From Balanoglossus misakiensis (Eukaryota; Animalia; Hemichordata): a stretch of DNA of 64,000 bases. The notes beneath the pieces are model-generated. The model saw nothing but the letters and a program-made list of their open reading frames with translations. It searched no databases and was not told the origin of the DNA. Position numbers and translations under genes: made by a program. Positions 11,873 to 25,200 of this stretch are shown piece by piece (the first letter of the stretch is position 1; each line of letters starts with the position of its first letter). The stretch lies in assembly GCA_040954595.2 (NCBI GenBank), contig CM082579.2, positions 802,922-866,921 of the forward strand, in the 5' to 3' direction.

Positions 11873-13129
11873 CTGTAGGGTCTGTACCGGATCATGTGAG
11901 CATCATGTGACAAGGCCAAACCAATGCGAAATGTTTAATTGGCATTTCATCATGCTTTGGGAAGTTGTGTAATATACAGTACATGTAAAAATGTACAACT
12001 GCAATACAAATGTACATTTTTGTATCCATGGAAACATCAATCAACAACTTGTCCACCACCCCACAGAAATACAGAACAGATTAGCTTAAGATGTTACAGA
12101 ATTTAATGCATAGCTATTGTTTGTGTACAGTTGTGCTATGAACCAAAGTTTCAAAAAAGAATTCTGAATATTTGTTACATTAGCCTACAATACACGGAAA
12201 CTCCCCATTGACATGTTAAATTCTTAAACGTCAATCCAGAAAAAAAGGCTCATTTGCAGCTCATAATTCTCATGGCTGTCAATGAACAGAATTCCTGTCA
12301 AAGGGAAGTCAGAGAAATTTATCAGTACAAAGTCAAAGCAAATACTGACATTTTTCACAGAAAGCTAAAAACAAGAATATCAAACGAAAGAATCACAGTA
12401 ATTTTTGATTTTTTCACATGTACATCTTATGTACATATTAAAACTTGTATTCTTATCAATCTTAGTTACTCAATTTTATCTCTTATTTCATTTAATATTT
12501 CTATATGTTACCATGGAATCTTCAATCTTTCAGTTTCTGAAACTCAGGCTTTACTTAGAGCAATTGCGTTTTTACAATTTGAAAATAAAGTTCATTTGGC
12601 AGAGTATTTTTCTTGCTCTGCAAGCTAAATCTTCAGGTAACTTTGCATGTATTTTATGAAAAACTCTCAAAGCTCTCATGGCGTGATGCTGATCAATTAC
12701 GTGTAGTTGTTTACAAGAGTGACAATGGCCAGTGTGAGAGTCAGTGTACATACATATGTGGTACACCACATCAGATACATAAATTCTGCCAATGTTGAGT
12801 CTAACAGCTACATGTAGTATAAGAGCCATCATGAACTCTGTCTAATCCATGAACAAAATGATTCCAAAAGGTCAATGTGACCAAAGTATCCAGCAATTAT
12901 ACCATTTATTTACCATTGTTTTACTTCATAAAAAAAGATGACTTACTTTAAACTTACAAGTTACAGAGTTAAAGGAATGTAAAAAGCATTCAATGTGTGT
13001 CATGTACATGTAGTCTCCATTATTACTGCATCTTCATAACAGAGTACCCTGTGTGATAATACATCTGTAAGCTTCCATTACAATGAATACTTCACTTCAT
13101 CTTCATAGCAGAGCATTCTTGATAATCAG

Positions 13130-13188
13130 TGATTGCTTGTTGCTATGACTATGACAGCTGATTGCTTGTTGCTATGACTATCACAGCC
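13130..13188. repeat. 30-bp tandem duplication in the TMEM272-like 3'UTR
   Basis: tgattgcttgttgctatgactat(g/c)acagc occurs twice in tandem. Confidence 0.8.
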
Positions 13189-13238
13189 TCACAGCAGTGT
13201 ATCCTGGGTAAGGCATATGAGCCAATGATATCATGTGA

Positions 13239-16200
13239 CTACTTTGTCTTGACAGCAGTACATCCTGCAGCACAGCACAGACAACAGCAGCACAGTACAA
13301 GCATGATGTAGGTGGTATTAGTCAGCCAAAATGCAAATTTATAGAGTGGTTCTGCACAGTAAAATTCAGAATGCTTATCTTCATAGTTTGGTTCATAAGA
13401 TCTGTATATCCAAACATTGCCTGTAAGAGAGGTTGTACAAGAGATGATATGATTAAACTTGCTACCAGACACAGGATGGTTGAGTGTGTGGAAAAACTTA
13501 GCAACTGTAAATTATTCCTTGTGTAAGTGTCATATCATAAATGATTAGAATCCTACAAAATGCTGAACTGTAAAAATTTAATCTGCATGATGAAATAGTT
13601 CTCAATATGTGATTCAGTAACTGCAGAATTCTGTTACAGAGTTTGACTATCACACAGTTTATGTAGTGGACATGAAAATGACCAAATTAAGTGAAATTTC
13701 CTACCTGCAATGAACCACGCCAAAAGAAAACAATTCAAAAGAGAATTAAAAGGATCTGATTTGACGTTGTCTTCTTGTTCACCGCTTTCTTCATTGTGTC
13801 GTTTTACTCTCTGTCCAAGTGACACTAAATTCTTTAAAACACCAAAACAGCCTCCAACAATGAGATAGATCGGGATGTAAGGTTCAATCGGACAGTCATG
13901 TAGATAAAGTGTACCTGTCAAATAAACCCTGTACTTGTGAAAAGTAATAGGGCCATGTAATCTCCATTGATTAACACTATTTCTGCCTCATTAATTCTGA
14001 CTGTACTGGGCCACACACGGCTTCATCCAAAGTTGACCTGGTGAAGGGAATTCTGCAGGGTAGCTGTAACTTTTGCTAATTATGTTTCAATGTTTTGTTC
14101 TGTGAATCAAATGTGGTTTCTTTCTCAATTTAGGTTCAACACATGCACTAATGGAATAGACACTACACTACACTGCTCTGCACTATGCTACAGCACAACA
14201 CAACCCAACTCAACACAACACAGCACAAAACACAAGCAAGACATAAAGCCATTAAACCATCACCAGTACTACAATGAAAATATACGTTTAACTAAATCCC
14301 ACTTCTTGTCTCTAGAGGGCAGTCACACTACACATAATAGTCTCATCAAAAATCTGGAGCATAGAACAGTCTCACAGTTGTTGCATTTACTCATGGATTG
14401 TCAGCCATGATCCCCAGAATTCCTTAACAAAGTTTATTTAATTAAATTTACGTCACAGTTGCGGGGATCACCAGTATTTTTTTCAGCGAGACCAGTGGAT
14501 GATTTCTAGTGAATTCTGTGCAAGCATTTGATAGTAATGAAAGCAAAACTACCAGAAAAGGTTACAGGACTAAAAGATTTGCCTTAAAGTGCAAGTGTTG
14601 AAGACCACTATTGGTTTGAATTAAACCCTACAAAGTGGTTATTTATATACATGTACAATGTACTCACCCATGACAATCATAGATACCGGAATGGCCATAA
14701 TAATACCAATACCGATTGTACACCCAACTGGAAAAATACAGCAAGCAATTGTAAGCATTTGATCAAGCAATCATACATGTGAATCATCTTATGAAATGAT
14801 TCTTGAGATATCAAAATATGGATATAAGGGAGAAATGCATGGGTTTCTCACTGAAACTCCAAGACATCTCACGAAAAGTGCAAGAGCACCGTGACGTTCA
14901 GTGCCTTTACTTGTAACATACAACATTTGTGGACTGAAACTTGTCAGCTTCATGAGTGCATATTGATGTTACAGTAAGCTGTGGTAACCCGGGAATGGAC
15001 GATACAATTTCCATGGACTAGAAATTTCATCCAAGGACTTGTCCACTTGAGATTTCCCTTAAGTTCATCTAAATCACAACAACCTTCTACAAACCAGATT
15101 TTAATCGTCTGTCATTCACGATTGATCAACCCTAACCTTCAAAGCACTAAATCACCGCAACCACGAAGAGATATTGTCAATCTGGCAGGCTATAAATCCA
15201 AGCTGAAAGTCAATGTTTTTACCGTTCCATATGCATGGAACAGATGGGGTCCAGTTAAATTGTCAGAGGAGTGATTTATTGGGGGAAGAAATGAGCACTT
15301 TTAAAAACAAAATTAGGAACAGACTCCATTACTTCTGGCTGAAGTTAGTTAATATGTCATTGCCAATGTCTCTGTTCTTTGATTTATTTTATTTTTGATG
15401 ATGACAACACATCTCATATGCTGGTGATTCAAGTACTGAATGCTCTTACAAAAAGTGTACAATAGGATTACTGACCAATACGTACGCTGATGAATTCAGT
15501 TACTATTTCAATCTTGAAAATAGTGCTGAAAATATTGCTGTATAACAGAAAAGAAACATCTTGCATGTTCTCAGAAGAAACGACATCATCTGCCCAAGAA
15601 TTGAGAAAGCACACACAGCAATGTGGTGCTTATATTATCCAATCTAATTTTGGTCGCAGTGCATTAGGTTGAGTCCACAGAGCACAGCATGGTTCCATCT
15701 ATCATCTGAGTGGATTTTCACAAAGTAGTGTAATTCTCACTAATATGAAGTGAATGGACTTAATCATTCATCCATTACAGACAATCTACATACACAACAA
15801 ATTCCCTGTCTTCTCATAGTGACTCAATTGTTGAAAATATTCAGCTGTATGACTCTGGGCTCATAAAAAAGTAGTAATTACCCACATTTCATGCATGTTT
15901 AGTTCATTTTTACATTTTGAACACTCTCCTGATGTCTATATGCAGTTTGGACATATAAGCCATCTATGTAGTACAGGCAGCCATTTCTCATAGAAGACTG
16001 CTATGAATACAAAACAGCTGATTGCATCAATGTTTTGCAGCTTAGGCAGGACTTATCATTGCCATCATTTTGACTGACTTCAGATTTCCATGATGCCTGT
16101 GAATGCCACAGGGAATTGCACTATCTTGCTGCTGAGTTGGCAATGACATGCAACCAATCACCATAACCCATTTCATGGTAAATTACACCGCACATCACTT

Positions 16201-19200
16201 CATATTCTGCAGTTGGCCTGAGGTGTGTTTCCTCTGATTCATATCACTGGAAATTTGACTGTCAGTATTGAGATGTGACTGGGAGTTGATTTTACACCAT
16301 GAGAATTAGAAAAAAAATGATGAAAAAATTTCTCAACTGTAAAATCTCATAACTATTAAATTTTGGTGCTAAAGAGCAGTAACTACTCTTTATTCCAAAA
16401 ATGCACTATCGTATTTTTGACAAATTTCCAAGTCTTGAGTAGTTATTGATTCATAATGCCATCTGGTCTCCCTTATCCAATATTCTAATTTCAGAAGAGA
16501 ATACTGCACAGTGATTCAGTCTGTATTGATGAACACTTAAAACAGTTTACCTAAGTCATTCAAATACATGATATATACTGGTACCTGGACAGTCTGACCC
16601 CAGAAAAAAATCAATGCATTTGAAATGTACACAAGAGTCCAGTTTCAGTCCATGTTATATATCACAAATGTTTGATATCACAGCATAAAACAGCAGCTGC
16701 TGAGATTAAAATCTTTTGCAATTTTTAAAATGTTTTAATGATCATTACAGTGTGGTTCTAGAACTGTTCTTCTTGGCTGATCACTTGTTTGGAAATTTGC
16801 AAAGTGCAAATAGCCTATTACCATGTCACCCAGAGACAGATGATGTACTTTCAACCTGTCACATTCTATCTATCTTTGTGAGAAAAGATCATTATGAAGT
16901 CCAAGGATGACTTCACCTTCCTGAACACAAATTCCCAACAAAAAAACTCAACCATGTCTTAATATTCCACACATGATACGAAAATCGATGACAACTTATT
17001 TCCACATCGTTGTGTATGTATGACATACCCCTATCCTTAGGGCTACATTTTCTTCGCCTAAATAGTTCATCTGTGTAAATCACTCTCGGAGATTCCCAAG
17101 TAGGGTATAATGTGTCACTGAGGGAAATTACTTACGAGTTCCTAGAACCACTCCCAGGAACTTCTTGAAGAAATCCGTAGCCCCTGTGGAACTCCTCTTG
17201 GCTTCTTGCATCTGCCCAAATATGGACTGATACGAAGGAGGTGCATCTGGGTATAGAAAATGACAGAAAACAAAGTTTCAATAGATCAGTTTATATCACT
17301 GAACATTTCAGCAGAAAAATGTGTTTCTCAGCTGATGAACTTCTACTGTCCCTATATGACACAAGTGATAACAAGACAGTTGCTAAACACTCTTTTTCAT
17401 ATTATTCTGCCGGTAATGGTTTGAATTCGGCTGGGAAGAAGTGAAGAGAGGTCTGAACCAGCACACTGGTACCCCTTGTTGGCCTTAATCTCTCTCAGGG
17501 CCAATATTTACCACAATCATATTTTCAGTTGTGGTAAAATATGATTATGATGATACAGATGCTTGCATTGGAAGTGATAAAGAATCGCCATGATTGCCTG
17601 CAATAAGAATTGACTACATTCCCTTTAAATGCCTGTCAGACAAAACTATAGCTGCCTAAACTGGTTACATATAACATCTTCATCACCATCTTCATAAATG
17701 CATGGTCATGTCTCAAACTAATTGGCAGTCTCGCATCAATGAACTGCCAATAATTGGCTGCCACAGGCCAGAAACTTAATTATTTGGTAGTCATGGTAAC
17801 TACCAGAGAATATGTTAAGATGTTCACAGAAGTGTCAGTTTTCTGATGGACGTGCAATTTATATATGCTGTAACCAATGAAATTGGTTTAGAAACATACT
17901 TCGCTAACTTATACATCATAAAAGTCCTGTGTGTGCTATAAGAGAGTGAGAGTGAGAGCAATATTTCCTTTTTGTCAATATCATCATTCTCTGTCACAAA
18001 CACTTATCAGACTTCACAAATGCTGATTGCGGTTCAAAGTGCGGAAAATGAAAATGATAATTCAGTACTCTTTCTGGTTTCCATGAAATGAGATGTGCCT
18101 CCCTTGAAGTCAATTTCTTTGCCTTATTGAACACCTCTCAGCCAGAGCGATTTAATTCATCAGTCGGGCTAGAGTACACAATACAACCGTTATCAAGTGG
18201 CTCCTATTTATTGCTGTAAGACACAAACCTGAACCAGAGATCAGATCCAGGCTGGCACAAATGGAAAACTGACATGGAAATCACACTCTCCGGAATTGAT
18301 AGGGAAAAATATGAGGAACCCAAGTGGATTATTTATAAATAAAGAATCAAATAATTCCATTTACGGCCTACCTATCTCATATATCCTACAGCGTATGAAT
18401 AATGCAATAATATCAGGAGACAGATTTTCAGCGTACATATACAGTGAATTTCCATCGCTTCTGGGCAGATGATGCATTTTTGATGCAATAATGCCGTCAT
18501 CAATTCGATGGCACAGGGCATTTATTACTCATTCCAGCGCTATGTCAATATCTTTCAGAAATAATATTGTTCCGGAAAATCCCCAATCCATCACAGAAAA
18601 TGTTAAGCACATCTTGTAATTCCTGGTAAATCTAGTTCACTAATCAAGTACTTTCTTTCCCCATTTTTCATCAAAACAAAACAGCTATACACATCCATGA
18701 TTTGAAACAAAAATCTTGTCTGCCTGAAAATTACTTTAGTTTTCTATTTCTTATAACATGACAGCTGTCACTTGTAAATTGTTACCCACCTCTGTTTGCA
18801 TCTTCATAGGATGGTGGTGCATTGGCATCTGGTTGATATAGTGGTGGTGGTGTTCCATATGTCGGTGGGCCATCAATTCCTGATGTTGGAATTGCTGACT
18901 CTTCATCCTGTTGTCACAAGCAAACAAAACTAACAATCAGATTATTTATAAAATTGTTTACTAGTTTACAGTTCAACTTTTACACTGACAGCAAAACGGT
19001 GGTAAATATTATATGTGTACTCTGCTGAGCTCTACTGGCTTAAACAAAAAGCCTGAAAAATAGTCATGGTGCTTTTATTGAACAGTTACTAGGCAACTGA
19101 ATGAAGACTAATACTGAGATTGAGGAAAGGTCATGCCCCATTATTACTGTGGTGACCTGATCAGATGGAAGGTCAGTAAAGGTCAGTTTTAAGTCGGGTC

Positions 19201-22200
19201 AAGGAATTAATTATGCATGATGGTGATCCAATATCCTATGTCATCATTTGAAAACAGAAGTAGAAATTCAATTGTGAAAGATGGAGAGATATTTATCGCT
19301 ATTACACCCTGCAAAAAAGATTGATGAGATAAAGCGATTAAATTGTTAAGCTTTGCGATATGAATAGCAATCTGCTATATAAACACTGGAAAGACTTGCT
19401 AGATTGATACACCTGCTGGCTACAAACACTTCCTATAAATAACTACTTTTGCAAAGTGGTGATTACTCTGCTCAAAGGCATACGCATACATTTCCATCAC
19501 TCTCATATACTGTAAAAAAAAAACTTTTTAATTTACTGAAGAGGTTTTTGATGAAATACCACACTTACAGTAAGGTAGATCTGTATGTTTGTCATGGTCT
19601 CAAAGTCTTAACTTGCAGACCCAAGAGAAAATGTGATATTGACATTTTAGGCCGTTTCCATGGAAATCACAATCCTCGTTGTGATAATTCTCCCAAAATC
19701 TTTTCAAATTCAATAAAAGGTACCGGTATAGAGTGTGTGCAGGGATAAATGAATCTTGTTGTTTCTAAACCACACGGTCCATTTTTGGACAAACAGACAA
19801 TTCACAGCATCTTAAAGAGAATAACAGAAGTAGAACTCAGTCTCTGCAAATCACAACCTCCCCAAACCAGCTGTCACCCTCACCTTAGGCAAAGCCTTTC
19901 AAAGTGATATAAAATATTCCTTTTATTGTCATTTTGCGCTGGAGAAAAGAATTCAAAATTCCTCAATGAATGATGTATGAGTTCATGCAATTGCATTTGA
20001 ATGCTATTATTTTGTTCGTTCCATAGAACAGGAAGGTCGTAGATTAACATAGTGAGAAGAATTTCTTTCAATCCTCATTTCACTTGGGAAATCAAGCTTC
20101 CTTGAAAACTATATTGACCAACGTGTATGTACAACCTTCAGAGATAGATAAGGCATTAAATCTTGACGACCCTGATATTATTTTGTGCCTGAGGTTGTTT
20201 GGAGGAAGAGGTCATAACCTCTCTCTCTCTCTCTCTTTTCTTTCCCTCCCTCCCTCTCTCTCTCCCTTCTCTCTTTCTCTTCTCCCTCTCTCTGCCAACC
20301 ACCTGTTACAGCTAATATTTGAGTATTCAAAACCCATTAAATGCAGAAGTGACATACCCTTATACTCAAACACAAGCTAAAACCTAAATTTTGACAACAA
20401 AAAACACGCCCAAAACTCAGCAAAGAGAAGTAAGCACTCGACTCATTCATAGTATACTCAGAGCTTTCACAGAAATAAACAGTTTGCTGTAAAACTCCTT
20501 GACCCTAAGGCTACAGGACTCAGAGTTTTACAGCAAACTGTATAGTTTACATCAAGAAACCTTGATCCTTGCACTCATCTGCTTACTAAAGTAGTAAACC
20601 TAGCTTCTTGTTGTTGAACTCAGTCACTTACATGTAGTAAACAAAGTGCCCCCAGTTGTTCAAAGCTGCCTTTCTGGTAACACTAAAAAATGGGCACTCA
20701 GACTTTGATGAGAGTGACACTGAAACCAATCATGATTATAAATCCTCAATTCAAGCACGGATCGGTCATGTCGTTTATAACAATAATCACACTTTGCACG
20801 CTAAGCCATTTAAATGCCTGACGTACCAATCAGACATAATTGCTTTAAAAGTCTGTATCAATCATGAATAATTCTGATAGCCTTGAAATGGCCTTTTCTG
20901 TACACTGCTCAATTACACCAATAATGCCTCTTTTCATTTTAGCATTTACCAGAGACCCAGATGATAATATTTGCCGTTCAACCGTTTTCATTTCCAAATG
21001 ATTTCGCTGGAGTTATCCTTGAAAGCAGATTGAAATTTACTAAGCCTTTGTATTAATGAAGAGGGCTACAACAGGATAAGATTTCCCTTAATACGACTTC
21101 AGGAAGTACCAGCATTATTGTCATGACCATAACATCCGGATTAATATAAAATGGTTATGAGCACCTAATATTTTGGATTTTCAAGGAGAGAATATGTGGA
21201 CTTGTCATTTCCCATGAATGAATATTGAACATTCTTCTTCAAAGGTAATATCACAACTGAGCATAATGATTGTAGCAGATGAGAACTGTTCTTACAGAAT
21301 TGTGTTTAGCTTATCAAAATTCTTCTTTCAGAAGTCTTGGGATAAAAAAAAATATAATTTCTGATTTTATGTTTTTAGCTCAGACTGGACTGACATCCAA
21401 TTTCTCTACAAGCACACAACACAAATACCAGAGGGAAAATGTAACTAGCAATAACTATTTTACGCAAAGCAATATCAAAGTTTCTTCTGTATTGCAACAA
21501 ACTGAAATAGAATCAAATCTGAAGTATATAATTAGTTTTGAAATTGCTATGGTTTCTGCCAGTACAATTTCACTTCTTGTGATTATATTGATAACTTGAA
21601 TATTTTAACCTCTGACCTATTGCCGTTATTGTAACCATAATGCATTTCAACACTGTCATCAGGGAATAAGGTGAACTAAAATATGTTAGAAATCACTTTG
21701 GATATTGAGTGTTTCTGTCAAAGGGGCATTGTTGGAAGCCATCTAATGTTATTATTCCTGAATTGTGAAAAGTGGATAATCAGAAATGCCAGTTCCAATT
21801 TGTTTCAAATCTTTTATGGTCATGCAACACAATTCCCTGCATGAACTTAAGCATTTCTGTTGGAAAATTTATTTAGCTCTGAAATATTGAATATCATAGT
21901 TACACAGCAAACATTCAAGCTATGTTTTCTTCAAATAAGTCCAGGATATGTTTCAACATTTTGTTTAAATGTAAAAGATTTGTGGAGACGTTATTTGTGT
22001 TCAAATACTGTAAGAATAATGCACTGGTTAAGTTTATCTGGCAGAAAATTGTTTTCATAACATCGTCACAACTCTTCATTGCTGGACGTGGCAAAGTAAT
22101 ATATTACAGGTTGTGGAGTCTGTTCAGTAAAATTTCAAGATTTATGAAAGTGGTGAATTTTACATCAAACACAATCAAAGCCTGCTGAATTGTGGTACCC

Positions 22201-25200
22201 AGGAATCACCAACTGATTGGTCTCACATGGTCCAGTCAGATCAAATAATGTTTGCCATTACTCTTTTAATAATAGATGCAAACAGAACAGAACAGAATAT
22301 CAAATGTTTGAAGAATGACACAAGCCCCACAGAAAGGAATGATTTATACTCTAGCTCCCCTTTCACGATGCAATGCAATCGCAGAGAGCGGAATTTAAAT
22401 CAGGTGCCATAGCAACAAAATTGGATTCTTCTAAAACCAATCTCTACAAAAAAAATATCAAATAGTTACGGCTAAAGTCCGTTCAATTTACAACTCAGTC
22501 TGCAGTTATCTTTGTTCTTACAGGTATTTTTTGTACATGTGCTGTGAAACTGCAACATTGATATGACATTAGCATTTCTTCCGGAACATTGTTCACTTGC
22601 CGATAGAGAAAAACGAATACACAATAAAGCTAATTTCAAAATAAGAGAATGCACGAAATGTTCCATTAGTATGTAAGACCGGCAATCAATTAGTCAACCA
22701 GACTTTCCCCTGAAATGCTTACAGTGAATATAAAATGCAGGAACAATTTTAGAATTCCAACAATCTCTAGCAACTATAATCTCCTGCATATATTACACGG
22801 TGCCTTTAACTTGTCATTCATCGGATTACAAAATCTTTACAGTGCAAGCTCTGTCAATGCACACACTTTATGCCTTGTCAATTCATGCATTAATGAAATA
22901 ATGCAGTTTTTCAGACATAATGGATTAGTCAGTTTGATATGGTATGAATATTGCCATAGAATTCAATTCCTATTCTGTAAAAATATATGCCTTTTTGTCT
23001 GTATAAAGTTGTCAGATTTTAATATATATAACAGTTTCCGTTTCCATGTGCAACATTTCATGTTCAATTTCCTGCAATTTGTACTTTCCAAACAATCCCA
23101 AGATTACACTGCATCCTACACAATTGATTTCTAACGGAATATGTACTTGTGTTGCTAGGGAGATATAACCAATATGAAAATGTTCAATATACATGTGTAA
23201 CCTCTTTTTTCAGTTGTTTAGATTTGCTTTGTTTCCTGATGAAGAAACAAAGGATCAGAATCAAAATGAGAAATTCCTCAAAGAGTACTTACTATAACTC
23301 AATCTAAAGACTTTTAAGCAATTACCACATGACAAATTCCATGGCTATACAATTCATTACAATTCATCTGTTAAAGTACATTTAACTGTCAAAAAAATAT
23401 GACATTGGCATCATCTGTGAGCTGGCATTCTCTACCCATTAGGAGTTTGGCACATTAAATTAATAATAGCGGCCTAATGGTGACTTTACTGAACATATTA
23501 GTTAACATTCATGGTCTGACAGGATTGTTAATGTTGTGTAATTTCATTACATGGCTGGCTGGACTCTGCAGCCAAGTCGACAGACATTGATGAAAAAGCT
23601 TAACTTAAAGTAATTACAAAATGTATATGTGACTATAAAAGCCAAAGTAAAAGGACTTTGAGTTACAATGTCAGTTTAGTTATAATACATGATCAGTATG
23701 TGAAAGCATGTCTACGATTTTCTATGTGATTATGTGAATGCTATTTGGCTCTGAGTAGAATGCTTGATCAAAGCCATATCCTGTGTGACTGCTAATTAGC
23801 TCTGAGTGAGATGAGTACCATTTGGTTCTGGGTAGGATATGTTCCTTCTATATGGCTCTAGGTGGAATATGTTCCTTCTATATGGCTCTGGGCAGTGAAA
23901 GCATGACTAACTGCTTGCAGGGCTCTTAAAGCTACTATACCATTCTGAACCAGTGCCTATAGCTGAGTTGTCTGTTGGAAATGTGACTGTTACATTAATA
24001 TGCATATTAAGACAACTTTAAAGCTTGCCATATAAACATCTGACTGCAATGACCTCTAAATTGATGGAATCTAAATGCTGTGAGACACTAAAATAGGAAC
24101 ATTTTATGACATGCATCATTTAACAACTGATCCCTTTAATAAAACACTAGGTGAGGGATCGTCAGCGTTCATGGTGCAAGTCGTAAATGTGAGTGCCATC
24201 ACATAAACTCTGTCAAAGGAAAAAAAAGTGACAACGATGGAAGACATCCTCACTTAAATTGTGTCAATTAACGAAAAGATGAGCTGCTGTTCTTAAACAA
24301 GATGGTGCACTCAATTATTCTGAGTGCAAAGCTGTGGAAAGAGAAAGAAAGAAAGAGAGAGTTAGGCTAAAAGGTTTTTAAATCCTGGCAGTACTGGGAC
24401 ATCACTGAAAATTGTACCGTGGGAAACAGCAGACTTTGGTTTTGTGCTATGGTGATACTGAAACTGAGTGAATCATTAAAACCGTGTCTCAGGAGACGAG
24501 GGAGTTCAGATTTTTGACTGAAGTATTAATCTGGAAGTGTCATAAAATCTTTGTCTTGAGAGACAGGTGAGCTTACAGTATCTGTAGTGATAGCAGTCGT
24601 GAACTGAAGCATACGACACAACTGTATCTGTAGGGAAATGATAGTGATTGAATTCCACACTGTATTAAAGACATTTAACAAAATATGTGCCATCAGAAAT
24701 TATATTCAGAGAATGCATCCTGAAAATAAGACTTCAGAATATCATCCTCCACAACACATACTGGTACTTAAGTATTTTGAGGTGCAGCAACTACATTGAT
24801 CACTTTGCATCATGTATATATGCAATATGGATAACTTTCTTGTGTACATAAGTTCGCATTGAGTCAGGAAGGGACATGGCTGTCTTACAAAGCCCATATT
24901 GTACCACTCCCCGAAAGCGTAGCCTACCCGTCACACAATGACTTGACACAATGGAACTGACAAATCATACCAACTGACTTACCAATACAGCTTGTTCAGA
25001 AACTTCATGCAAGTTCATTTCAGCCATTGATTGATGTGTAAAAATAATTGTCTTCACAAGCAGAATTCCTGAAGTGTCAATTCTGACTGGATACTGCTAC
25101 ATGCAAACATTGAACATTACAAATGTTTGCATTTCATACATTACATCTAACCTTCTATTATGTAAGTTTCAGATAGTAAATATTAGCACGCGAAGAACAT

